Source of the DNA: Candidatus Multivoradales bacterium
GTDB taxonomy: Bacteria > Acidobacteriota > Thermoanaerobaculia > Multivoradales > J023
Direction: 5' to 3'
NCBI GenBank assembly: GCA_965248925.1
Contig: CBDFLE010000006.1
Span: 5,024,001-5,088,000, forward strand
Length of the DNA: 64,000 bases
A model generated the notes under the pieces. That model was not told the origin of the DNA, did not search any database, and saw only the letters and a list, made by a program, of their open reading frames with translations. This document shows, one piece after another, positions 1-9,857 of the stretch; the first letter of the stretch is position 1; each line of letters opens with the position of its first letter. The position numbers and the translations under genes were made by a program.

Positions 1-127
1 CCGAGCTACGGATGCGGTTCGCGATCAAGAAGGCGCCACCCCGGAGCCTGGCCTTCCCAGGGCCTCGGAACACCTCCGGAGAGGCTCAACCGGACATTTG
101 AGAAAAAGGGTATGTCAGGAGTTCTGG
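1..127 (+). mobile_element. 3' end of an unclassified DDE insertion sequence (same element as 58181-60711), cut off by the window edge
   Basis: 1-127 is the exact reverse complement of the left end of 58181-60711. It includes the transposase stop codon and the terminal repeat ...GGGTATGTCAGGAGTTCTGG, followed by ACT (reverse complement of the AGT target of the other copy). Confidence 0.92.
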
Positions 128-324
128 ACTCGTAGAGGGGATCTCGGTCACAGCGCGATACGCGACTTACACAGATCGGAGCCAGGAACTGGCGATTCTT
201 AGCCCGCTACGAAGACGAGTTGTGGCGGTCGAGGAAGACGACGAAGAAGCGCGCGACGAGGAAATAAAATCGACGAGTCTCTAGCCAAGAAATCGGCGGG
301 CTCAAAAGCCCGTTGACTGCCGCC

Positions 325-680
325 CTTACGTCGGCGACCTCGGCGAGCCACTTCCGCAGCTGGCCATTGAGCCCGTTGAGGTCGGCGACTTCGCGTCCTT
401 CCAGGAAACTACCTTTCAGGTAGGAGATGGCGCGCTCCACCTTGCCCTTCGCCCGCGGTGCCAAGGGGCATCCAGCAGCAACCCCTGGTGTGGCCTTCGG
501 TCAGGTGGGCGCATCGGCCGCCCTTCGCTCGTCGATCCGGCCGCGTCGAGCGAACCTCGCCGAGATCGCCGAAGTGCTCGCACGACGGCCGCCCTTGGCG
601 GGCGTAAAGCGTGCCCGCGCCGGCGTGAAAGGCCACCTCGCAACGATATGGTGTCCTTCCGGCCGAAAGTGAATCATGCG
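325..680 (-). pseudogene. istA: IS21-family IstA transposase fragment
   Basis: Reads APRAKGKVERAISYLKGSFLEGREVADLNGLNGQLRKWLAEVADVR, the IstA KGKVE motif region. No full ORF or element ends are visible, so the boundaries are approximate. Confidence 0.7.
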
Positions 681-843
681 TGGCAGCTGTGCGGACGGAT
701 TCACGGCAGGTTGGTGGCCGGTTGGCGGGCTTTGTGGTAGGAACCGTCGCGCACCGGAGGAACGGGTGTTTAATGGCCTTCCGGCATCGTTAGACAGGAC
801 CAATCGATGAAGCTCAATCTGGCGTCATCGAAAGGTAATAAGG

Positions 844-1515
844 ATGGAGAACAGGATATTACTCAGGACTGTTAGACGGTTGTCGGTGTTTGTTTGTTGT
901 GCGGTAATGTGTGTTTTCATTTCGGCCTGTCGCAGTGATTGTTACGGGTTTTACCTGGAGAAAGAAGATCTTGATGAACTGGTGACATTGTTGCGTGGTG
1001 GCAAGGATGTTGCGGCGTTTTTTACCGCAAGGAATTATCCGTTTACTGAGACAGAGGCGGGTGAAATAAACCTTAGTGATGGATATCCTTTGGCTTTAAA
1101 GACGGATGAGAATTATTCTGCGGACCTGTACAGTTCTTCTGGGGAGTGTGTGCCGGTGTTCCGGGTGCTACGTGTCAGGCGAAAAAATGATGATGGAGAG
1201 ACTTTGTTTGAGTCAGTGGTTTTCATATACCGTGATAAGGCCGCCTATCTGGATCAGAGGAAGAAGTTGGCAGTTGATAGTTTCGTGGTGGGAGGTTTGC
1301 TGAGTCCGATAAACAGTCATCATCTGAGGTATCTTAATGAGCGTATCGGTCTTGTGTTTGACCATCCCCGTCTGAAAGTACGCAATACTTCGCAGATAAG
1401 AAGTGAGAGTCAAGACGTTCAGCTTGATTACTTCGCCGTATCGAAGGAACCGGAGGCTAACGGGAACGAGACGTATTTTATTTCACTGGGTGTTTATAGA
1501 TTTTTTACTCAGTGA
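844..1515 (+). CDS. Hypothetical lipoprotein (223 aa), AT-richer than its surroundings
   Basis: Basic N-terminus, hydrophobic stretch and lipobox-like ISA-C. Codon usage is visibly different from neighbouring genes. Confidence 0.7.
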   Translation: MENRILLRTVRRLSVFVCCAVMCVFISACRSDCYGFYLEKEDLDELVTLLRGGKDVAAFFTARNYPFTETEAGEINLSDGYPLALKTDENYSADLYSSSGECVPVFRVLRVRRKNDDGETLFESVVFIYRDKAAYLDQRKKLAVDSFVVGGLLSPINSHHLRYLNERIGLVFDHPRLKVRNTSQIRSESQDVQLDYFAVSKEPEANGNETYFISLGVYRFFTQ

Positions 1516-1679
1516 CCGCCGTGTTGTCCGGAATAGTAGCGCTCCTTGTTCCAGGCTGATGCGGGACTGATCGAGTCCGCCGCCGCTGTTTCCACGGGCA
1601 AGGGGCTTGCCATCCACGTCGTGAACGGTAACCATACCGGTTCCGGAGTGGCCGTCGGGCATGGTGACTGTCACGTCGA

Positions 1680-2100
1680 GATCACGTGCTTCTCGTCCAG
1701 CACCGCCACCCCCCCTTGGGTATTGCCTTCGGTGTGGCGTTCTAGCGTGCAGACGGTCTCGCCGGAGTCGACGTTCCAGACGCGGGCGTAGGGTGTCGTC
1801 TTTAGACTCCGAGAGCAGGCGGTTCTCGTCCAGCACCGCCATCGCGGTGACCGAGTTGGTGTGCCCATGGGGCGTGCCCATCGTCGCGCCGGACTTGAGG
1901 TCCCAAAGGCGCAGGGTTTGGTCATCAGACGCCGAGACTACACGCTTCTCGTCCAGCACCGCCACCGCTGAGCCCCTGTCGGTATGGCCATTGAGCGTAC
2001 GGATGATCTCGCCGGAGTCGAGGTCCCAGACACGCAGGGTGTGGTCCTGAGACGCCGAGACTACGCGCTCGTCGAGGTGGGCGAGCACCCCGGTGGCCGC
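1680..2100 (-). pseudogene. WD40-repeat protein remnant, frameshifted
   Basis: Repeats such as VVSASQDHTLRVWDLDSG..TLNGHT and VVSASDDQTLRLWDLKSG..HGHTNSV. The repeat continues in another frame after ~1790 (RVWNVDSGETVCTLERHT). No proper start codon. Confidence 0.8.
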
Positions 2101-2115
2101 GTCGAGGCCGAATGG

Positions 2116-3159
2116 CTACCACCGGACGACGTATTCGATGTTCTGCTCGTTCTCGCGCTCGTCCTTGTAGTCACATTTGTTTCGACTGAACGAGGATGTC
2201 GTTTCGACGAGAGGTCCAGATCGGTCAACAGATCTCCGGTCTGGAACATAGACGCCACTCTTGTCGGAAAAGAAATGAATGATGGAGCCCAGATTGGAGA
2301 AACGCGTCATGATAAAGGCAGCCACCGGATCTCCAAACTGGGTCGACAGGACGAAGGTGCACTCGTCCGCAGTGTCCTGCCTGGATCCACCGAAGGCGTG
2401 CATTGAAAACACGGAAGCAAACTCGGCCGGCATGTAATCGAGTGCTTCCAGCACGTCGCCGAGAGCCTCCCCCTGTGCCCGAATTTCGTCGTCTTGGATT
2501 ATGACAAAGAACGTGTGATGACTTCCGAGCGTGTGCATGATGGGCTTGAGATGGGGTCGTTCTTCCAAGAGGTCGCCTTGCTGCTCGGAGGCGACCTGAA
2601 GCACCGCTTCGACGGCTGCCGGAGCGCCCACGACAAGCGTCCGCTCATCCAAGGCGAGCCACGCATTCTGCGGCGTTGAATCGCCGGGAGACAGGACAAC
2701 GTTCCACTCACCAACGGCGACCGAGGTGTAGCCTTGCCGTCCCGAGAGTCTCTCGATCGCGGGCCCTGCCTCAGGCGTTACAAAAACGACAAAGAAACCG
2801 TCTTTCGTGAAAACTCTGGCGACGGACTCGGCCTGACTTCCCGTCAGGGAAGCGGCGTCCACAAGCGGTTGCAGGAGCCCGACTGGCATACTCATGCCAT
2901 GACGATCCTGGAGGGCCTCCAACTTTTCCGTATAACGAACCTCATACGTGCCTGGAGGCAAGATGCTTGCAATCTGCGGCTTTCCGGGTAGAAAGCCTGG
3001 CCACAGAATCCAGACTAGAATGATGACGGCAAAGACCCCGAAACATCCACAGCCCTGCCGCAGACAGCCCCGGCATCCCTTTCCCTTTTTCTGAGGCTTC
3101 GGAACCCCAGGAGCTGTGGGATGTTCCGGCGGAGCTGGGGTTGATTCATTCGCTTCCAT
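2116..3159 (-). CDS. Hypothetical membrane-anchored protein (347 aa)
   Basis: Pro-rich N-terminus, KGCRGCLRQGCGC followed by one TM helix and a globular extracytoplasmic domain. AGGAG ribosome-binding site upstream. Confidence 0.8.
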   Translation of the reverse strand: MEANESTPAPPEHPTAPGVPKPQKKGKGCRGCLRQGCGCFGVFAVIILVWILWPGFLPGKPQIASILPPGTYEVRYTEKLEALQDRHGMSMPVGLLQPLVDAASLTGSQAESVARVFTKDGFFVVFVTPEAGPAIERLSGRQGYTSVAVGEWNVVLSPGDSTPQNAWLALDERTLVVGAPAAVEAVLQVASEQQGDLLEERPHLKPIMHTLGSHHTFFVIIQDDEIRAQGEALGDVLEALDYMPAEFASVFSMHAFGGSRQDTADECTFVLSTQFGDPVAAFIMTRFSNLGSIIHFFSDKSGVYVPDRRSVDRSGPLVETTSSFSRNKCDYKDERENEQNIEYVVRW

Positions 3160-3398
3160 TTTCTTTTCTCCTGAAGGATTGGCCCATGTCGGGCCAGCGT
3201 TTTCTCAATGTCCTGGTAAACGTGGTGCTGACGACATTCTATTCGCTGAAGACGGCGCGGGACCTCGACCCGGCGGGTGACCTGGCCGGTGAGCCTCGAC
3301 CGAGCTGGTGAGCCTAGAATTCCCTCTGCAGCCGTCGAGCTGGTCTTCGAAGCCCCAAAAAGCGTCCGGCACGATCAGCCGGCAGCTCGGAGTTCACC

Positions 3399-3426
3399 CC
3401 AAAAAGGTTCCACCCCTTTCTGGGAG
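3399..3426. repeat. 28-bp direct repeat CCAAAAAGGTTCCACCCCTTTCTGGGAG, copy 1 (copy 2 at 11527-11554)
   Basis: Exact match read by eye. A related partial inverted copy lies at ~3583-3601. Confidence 0.8.
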
Positions 3427-4073
3427 AAACCCCAACCTTTGATCGATTTGGCCGATTGATCCGCCCTAAACGATGACCGGGAGTGCCGAAATGGTAGGAA
3501 ACCCTTCAACGGAGGGCACGCACATCAAGACTCTTGACACATGTACTCCAGGTGGATCTCCCAAAGCAAGGCTCCCACCCCGAAAAGGTTCCCTCCCAGA
3601 ACTCCTGACCTACCCCCTCTTGGTCGAGCGACAAAGCGGACAGCCTTGGGTCCGCAGCCGCTGGGTCACTGCCATCCCCCGGATCGAGCGCAAATCTCGC
3701 ATCTATTCAGGGTGGCATCGACCTGCTGCTCGTCAGAAGCGGACAGCCTTGGGTCCGCACTCGCAAAGGGCATCGTCATATGCACTACCGGTCGTTCTTC
3801 CCAGCCCAGGCGCTTGTCGAGCTTGCGGACGGCCTTCTCATCGATGCCCAATCGCCAGCCAATCTCGCGATTCGATACACCCTTTGTGCATCAGCGACAA
3901 TTAGAAATGTGCAAACCCGCCGCCGCCGTAGCCGCTGGGCTGTGGGAAACGCGCAGCGTTTTCCAAGGGGTGTGGGAGGGTGCCGTCTGCGGCAGCCTTC
4001 CATGCCCCGGCAGACCGGCGGCTGGGGGGAGTTGGGGGTCCGGGGGAAGAGGGGGGGTTGGTTTTCCACAGGT

Positions 4074-4841
4074 TCAGGATTTCCTCCGTAAGTTGTTGTT
4101 GTTCTTGACGGCCACCTGGGCGCGGTAACTCTTGCCTGAAAGCTCCAGGATGGTGGCGTGATGGACGAGTCGATCGATGGCGCATGCAGTGGTCATGGGG
4201 TCCTTGAAGATCTTGTCCCACTCGGAGAAAACCAGGTTCGAGGTGATCATCACGCTCTTGCGCTCGTAGCGCTCGGAGAGGAAAGTGAAGAGCACCTCCA
4301 TCTCTTCGCGGCTATGTTGGACGTAGCCGATATCGTCGAGGATGACGACCTCGAAGCGATCGAGTCGCTTGAGTACGATCTCTAGCTCGAGATCGCGTTT
4401 GGCGACCAGCAAGCGCTGGACGAGCTTGAAGGCCGGCAGGAAGAGCACGGAGACGCCTCGCTGGACGAGTTCATATCCAATGGCGCTGACCAGGTGCGTC
4501 TTGCCACGACCGGGCAGACCGAAGGCGAGCAGGTTCTCGCACCGCTCTGCGAAACCGCCCTCGCTCAGGTTGGGCAGTTGCCGGCGAACCGCGACCGGCA
4601 GTCGGGCGCGATCGAGAGTCGCTAGGGTTTTCTCGTGCGGCAGACCGGAGCTGCGAAGCAGCCGTTCGACGCGGCGCCGACGGCGGTCTTCGATCTCCAC
4701 TTCGGCGAGCTGACGGAGAAAGCGTTCGAAGCTCCAGCCTTCTTGCTCTGCCTTGGTACTCACCTCTGCGAGAGCGCTCACGAAGCTGGGCAACTTCAAG
4801 GTGCGAAGCAAGCCGGGGAGACTGTCGTTGGTGACGCTCAC
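4074..4841 (-). CDS. istB: IS21 helper ATPase IstB
   Basis: Walker A GLPGRGKT, Walker B VILDDIGY, ITSNL and IDRLVHH motifs. Overlaps the istA stop codon. Confidence 0.95.
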   Translation of the reverse strand: MSVTNDSLPGLLRTLKLPSFVSALAEVSTKAEQEGWSFERFLRQLAEVEIEDRRRRRVERLLRSSGLPHEKTLATLDRARLPVAVRRQLPNLSEGGFAERCENLLAFGLPGRGKTHLVSAIGYELVQRGVSVLFLPAFKLVQRLLVAKRDLELEIVLKRLDRFEVVILDDIGYVQHSREEMEVLFTFLSERYERKSVMITSNLVFSEWDKIFKDPMTTACAIDRLVHHATILELSGKSYRAQVAVKNNNNLRRKS

Positions 4842-6203
4842 TGGACCACCTCCACGCTGCTGGTGAGCAGTTGGTCATAGCTGGCGAGATCGGCCACCAG
4901 TGGTTCCATGTTGGGAATCTGAGGAGTTGCGAGCCGGGTCAGCGCTTCAACCGCCTCGAAACGGGGTAGCTTCCGCTCGGCCTCGATCAACTCCAGCGCC
5001 GCCTCGACCTCGCACTGCATGGTGGTCGCGGCCAGCTTCAGGATCCGCAGATAGTCCAGGTCGGCCTGGCGCTGCGAGAGGCCCTCGCTCAGGATGTCAT
5101 AGGCCCTTCGGAAGACCAGGGTAGGGAACATCGCATCGCGGAACCGGTAGCGTGCGAACGCGCCCGGCTTGCGCACCAAGGATGCGATCACATGCCGGTA
5201 GTCGACCCGATGCTTGCCGTGGCCACACAGGCGCTCGATACTGAGCTGCTTGCGGCCACCGTAGAGCACCTCCAAGGTCATCTCGCGCAGCAGCACCACC
5301 ACCTGCTCGCCGATCAGTCGCGACGGCACCGAGTAGGTGTTGTTCTTCACCCGAATGGTGCTGCACGAGTTCACCCGGAGACGCAGCCTACGGTGCTGCG
5401 GGAGCCGATCGGCTTGTAGCAGCCGCATGACCGCAAGTTCCTCGCGCAAGCGCTTCGCGCGCCGCGCATTGGCCTGCTCCAGCCGCTCGCTGATCCACGC
5501 TTGGTAGAGCTCGACGCTGTCGAAGTCCCGGCTGCCACGGAGCAGAAGATGCTGCTTCAGCTGCCGCTTCAGCGCCCCGTTGGCCGCCTCGATGTCGCCG
5601 TTCTGGTGGCTCTGGCCGATGCCGATCGTCCGCGGCTTCATCCCCAAATGCTCCATCACCGAGACGTACTCGTCATTGAAACCTCGCTGCCCGGTCTTGA
5701 GGTCATGGGTCGCTGCCGTCGAGTTGTCCGTCTGGTGGTACCGGGGCACCCGGCCCAGCCGGAAAACGGCGGTCTGGACTCCCTGGCGAATCGCCAGCAT
5801 CGACTCGGAAAAGCACACCGTCGCCGACTGCCAGTTGCTGTACGGCAGCACCGAGTGGCACAGCAGGTGATGGAACACCTCGCCGCCGATCCTCACCCCC
5901 AGCTTCTTGCAGCAGGTGAAGTCGGTCTGCAACGCCTCACCAGGCCGGTGGTTTTGGCCGAAGAACACCTCCTTCTCTGGACCCTCAGTTGCCTGCACCG
6001 ACGGAAACCGACCACCGATTCCGATTGAAAGTGACCAGTGATTCCAACGGAATCTGACCATCGATTCCGATCGAAAGTGACCACTTTTCCGGGTCGATCG
6101 GAATGGGTGGTCAGATTGGATCGGAATCCTGGCCACGGCGGAGTTCGACGGTAGCGCGCTCCTCACAATTGGGGTATTCCAGCCTCCTTGAAAGGAGGAT
6201 TGG

Positions 6204-7778
6204 ATGCCGAGAGTGAGGACATCGATGCGCAAGATACGCGAGGTACTGAGACTGAAATGGCAGCATGGCCTGTCGCACCGCCAGATCGGACGGTCGGTTC
6301 GGCTGGGCCACGTGACGGTGTGCAACTACCTGCTGCGAGCCAAGGTTGAAGGCCTGAGCTGGGAGCAAGTAGCAGCTTTGAGCGACGCTGAGCTGGAGCA
6401 ACGCCTGTACCCTCGGCCGCAGCCGCTTCGGAGGGGTGGTCAGCGAGCCTTGCCCGACTGGACCAAGGTGCATGGCGAGCTGAAGAAGAAGGGCGTAACC
6501 CTGTCGCTGCTGTGGCAGGAGTACCGGGAGGACCATCCTGACGGCTACGGTCTCAGCCGCTTCTGTCAGCTGTACCGGATCTGGGAAGGGCGCCTGGATG
6601 TGTGCCTGCGCCAAGCCTACCGGGCGGGCGAGAAGCTGTTCGTCGACTATGCCGGACAGACCGTGAGGGTGATCGACCCGGCGACTGGCAAAGCGCGCGA
6701 AGCGCAGATCTTCGTGGCGGTGCTGGGGGCGAGCAACTACACCTATGCCGAATCAACGTGGAGCCAGGGCCTGGAGGACTGGATCGGCTCTCATGTGCGG
6801 ACCTTCGCGGCTCTGGGCGGGGTGAGCGAGCTGGTGGTGCCGGACAATCTGAAGAGCGGCGTGACCAGCCCGTGCCGCTACGAGCCGGAGATCAATCGCA
6901 CCTACGCGGAGTTGGCCGAGCACTACGGCGTGGCGGTGGTGCCGGCGCGGGTGAGGAAGCCCCAAGACAAGGCGAAGGTCGAAAACGGTGTATTGCAAGT
7001 GGAGCGCTGGATTCTGGCCCGGCTGCGTAGCCAGCAGTTCTTCAGCCTGCGAGAGCTCAACGAGAGCATCGCGAAGCTTCTGGTCGAGCTTAACGACCGT
7101 CCGCTGAAGGTGTTGGGCGTCTCGCGCCGAGCGCTGTTCGAGCAGGTCGATCGTCCTGCTCTGGGTGCTTTGCCGCTCCAGCCCTACGAGCTTGCCGAAT
7201 GGAAGAAGGTACGCGTTGCCCCGGACTACCACGTCGAGTTCGAGGGCCACTATTACAGTGTGCCGTACCAGCTGATCAAGAAGCAGCTCGATCTGCGGGC
7301 GACGGCGCAACTGGTGGAGGTGCTCGATCGCGGCAAGCGTGTGGCTGCTCATCGTCGCAATCGGTGTCGGGGTCGGCACACGACCCAGAGCGAGCACATG
7401 CCCAAAGCGCACCAGGCGTACCTGGAGTGGACACCGACACGGCTGATCAGCTGGGCGGCGAAAACAGGCCAGGCGACGGCCGAACTGGTGGAGACCATCA
7501 TGCTTAACCGCTCCCATCCTCAGCACGGCTTTCGCTCGTGTCTGGGGCTGATGCGCCTGGGCAAGACCTATGGTGCCAATCGTTTGGAGGCTGCGTGCCG
7601 CCGCGCGCTCGCCATTCACGGCCTGTCCTACAAGAGCGTGAAGTCGATCCTGAAGAGCGGCCTGGACCAGCAAGCAGCGCCCGAGCCCACCGAAGTGACG
7701 GCGCCGATCGAGCACCGCAACGTCCGCGGCGCCAGCTACTACAGTGCCGCGCGCCGCGAGGAGACGCCGCCATGCTGA
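6204..7778 (+). CDS. istA: IS21 transposase IstA
   Basis: N-terminal HTH, LFVDYAG, VPDNLKSGV and KAKVE DDE motifs. AGGAGG RBS. Confidence 0.95.
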   Translation: MPRVRTSMRKIREVLRLKWQHGLSHRQIGRSVRLGHVTVCNYLLRAKVEGLSWEQVAALSDAELEQRLYPRPQPLRRGGQRALPDWTKVHGELKKKGVTLSLLWQEYREDHPDGYGLSRFCQLYRIWEGRLDVCLRQAYRAGEKLFVDYAGQTVRVIDPATGKAREAQIFVAVLGASNYTYAESTWSQGLEDWIGSHVRTFAALGGVSELVVPDNLKSGVTSPCRYEPEINRTYAELAEHYGVAVVPARVRKPQDKAKVENGVLQVERWILARLRSQQFFSLRELNESIAKLLVELNDRPLKVLGVSRRALFEQVDRPALGALPLQPYELAEWKKVRVAPDYHVEFEGHYYSVPYQLIKKQLDLRATAQLVEVLDRGKRVAAHRRNRCRGRHTTQSEHMPKAHQAYLEWTPTRLISWAAKTGQATAELVETIMLNRSHPQHGFRSCLGLMRLGKTYGANRLEAACRRALAIHGLSYKSVKSILKSGLDQQAAPEPTEVTAPIEHRNVRGASYYSAARREETPPC

Positions 7779-8536
7779 GGCACGCGACGCTCGATCAACT
7801 CGCCGCGCTCAAGCTCCACGGTATGGCCAAAGCCTTTGAGGAGCAGCTGTCGATGGTCGATGTCTCAGAGCTCTCCTTCGAAGAGCGCCTCGGGCTGCTG
7901 GTCGAGCGCGAAGCGACCGAGCGATCCAGCCGCCGCTTGATAGCGCGGTTGCGAAAAGCCAAGCTGCGCGAGCAGGCGGCCATCGAAGACATCGACTGGC
8001 GAGCCAAGAGGGGCCTGGACAAAGGCCAGATCCTGCGCCTGGCCTCGTGCCAGTGGATCGCCGAGCATCTCAACGTGCTGATCACCGGCAAGGCCGGGGT
8101 GGGCAAGACCTTTCTCGCCTGCGCCTTCGCGCACAAGGCATGTCGGGAGGGTTACACCGCTTTGTACCTGCGGGTGCCGAGGCTGTTTCGCCAGCTCGCC
8201 ATCGCGCGGGGTGATGGTAGCTACGAGAAGCTGCTCAAGAGCTATGCTCGCACAGACCTGCTCATCCTCGACGACTGGGGGCTGGCGCCGATCGGGGCCA
8301 GCGAGCGGCGCGACCTGCTCGAGATTCTTGAGGACCGCTACGGCAATCGCTCCACGCTGGTGACCTCCCAGCTACCGGTTGAGAGCTGGTACGAGGTCAT
8401 CGGCGATCCGACCTTGGCCGACGCCATCCTCGATCGCATTGTCCACGGCGCCTACAAGCTCGCCGTGGACGGTGACTCCATGCGGGCGAAGAGAGCCGGC
8501 GGTATTCGCAAGGCCGCCCAGCGAGAGGCAAGGTGA
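7772..8536 (+). CDS. istB: IS21 helper ATPase IstB
   Basis: Start MLRHATLDQL overlaps the istA end. GKAGVGKT, LILDDWGL and ADAILDRIVH motifs. Confidence 0.95.
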   Translation: MLRHATLDQLAALKLHGMAKAFEEQLSMVDVSELSFEERLGLLVEREATERSSRRLIARLRKAKLREQAAIEDIDWRAKRGLDKGQILRLASCQWIAEHLNVLITGKAGVGKTFLACAFAHKACREGYTALYLRVPRLFRQLAIARGDGSYEKLLKSYARTDLLILDDWGLAPIGASERRDLLEILEDRYGNRSTLVTSQLPVESWYEVIGDPTLADAILDRIVHGAYKLAVDGDSMRAKRAGGIRKAAQREAR

Positions 8537-9857
8537 GATCCAAGAGCATGCTGAAGCGATCGCCAATCCTGACCCATCAGCGGGCCTGCGGCCCGATCCG
8601 GACCCGACCCAAGATGGACTGTGGAAGCTGCCGCGGCTGTGGAAATCGCTCTGCGATTCCCACAGCCGCTTGGAAAACGCCCCCCGGCCATCCAACCTGC
8701 GTTTCCCACAGCTACGCACAGCCCCGACGACGGGTTATTTGAATACAATCAACCAAGAAGAAAAGCCGGAAGGAGGGCTCCAGCTACAGCGAAAGTGGAC
8801 ACCTACAACTGAGGAGAGCGCCAGCGTCGCTTCGCTCCGACAAGTGGTCGGTTTCGATCGGAATGGCTGGTCAGTTTCGTCGGAATAGGCACTCAGTCGC
8901 CCGCCACTGCTTCACATGGCGCTGAAAGGTGCGCAGCTGCCCCTGGTGATAGCGGTCGGGATGGCGGGCCATCAGATCCTCGAAAAGCGCCTTGCCCTCC
9001 AGCTCGGGAGCCGACTCCAGGCGGGCGGTGATCGCTGGCCAATCGGCCGGGAAAGGGTCCTTGCGGGTACGCCACCGGCGGTCCGCTTTCAACTCCGACG
9101 GCAGACCACCAGCCGCCACATACCGGCGCGCCGTGTTGCGGTGAATGCCGGCTGGTAGAGAGGCCACGCCGATACCGGCGCCTTGCTTCAGCTCGCTCAT
9201 CAGTTTCCTCACTTGTGCGTCTGTAATCACGCCCGCTCCTCGGTCGAGAAAACGAGCATTTTCCCGCCTCTTGGGGGTCGCTAGCGACCCCCAAGAGGCG
9301 GGACTCGGATGCACAGGAGTAATTGTCGTCAGTGCACAGGTCTAATTGTCGCTGAGCACACCCTCGGCCTTCCTGGCGTTAACGGCGTCCAGGCGGCCTT
9401 GCGGTACCCGAGACTGGCCCCGGGGAAAACCACGCGGCCGGCCCAAGGCGGCCAGCCCACCCCCCTCGTAGCGACGCTGGTTCCGACGCCCAGTCCGCAC
9501 ATTACATCTGAACGCGCGGGCGACCTCTCGCTGCTTTGCCCAGCCCTGATCCACGAGGCTCACCATCGCGAAGGCTTCGCCTGCCCGGTCGCCCGCGGCG
9601 AAGTGAGCCAGCGGCATGCTGCTGACGACCACCACTCGGTAGCCGCCCCTCTGCTGAAGGCGGCAGCGGTCGTTGATCACCACGACCCTATCGGGAAAGC
9701 CGATGCGGTCAGGAAACAGGACGGGATTGGCGGTCGTCGGTGCCATACCAGATCATGTCTCGGCAGCGAAAAAGGCGGACAGCCTTGGGTCCGCACCCTC
9801 TCTGAGGACCGACCTTGTGTTTTCAGAGAGTTAGGAGGGGTAGGTCAGGAGGTCTGG

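Larger units (their letters stand above)
5990..8891 (+). mobile_element. IS21-family element 2 (inner, intact), 2902 bp
   Basis: Ends TGCCTGCACCGACGGAAACCGACCA and TGGTCAGTTTCGTCGGAATAGGCA. Perfect 6-bp target duplication CTCAGT at 5984-5989 and 8892-8897. Reiterated sub-terminal boxes at 6000-6130. Confidence 0.95.
4838..9230 (-). pseudogene. istA: IstA transposase split by IS21 insertion (9230-8892 joined to 5983-4838)
   Basis: GTG start at 9230 with AGGAG RBS. Removing 5990-8891 and one target copy rejoins ...VKQWRATE|GPEKEVFF... DDE motifs QTDF, TDN and NGDIE are present. Confidence 0.92.
3885..9360 (-). mobile_element. IS21-family element 1 (outer), interrupted by a second IS21
   Basis: Terminal inverted repeats TGTGCATCAGCGACAATTAGA and TCTAATTGTCGCTGAGCACA. 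Flanks CCCTT/CCCTC form an imperfect target duplication. Carries istA and istB. Confidence 0.9.
3596..9857 (-). mobile_element. Internally deleted, non-autonomous relative of the 58181-60711 element (3596-3884 + 9361-9857), interrupted by IS21
   Basis: Ends are CCAGAACTCCTGACCTACCCC ... GGGGTAGGTCAGGAGGTCTGG. Internal sequence is homologous to 59950-60711 (VVVINDRCRLQQRGGYRVVVVS, GIDEKAVRKL). The DDE catalytic region is absent. Confidence 0.85.
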
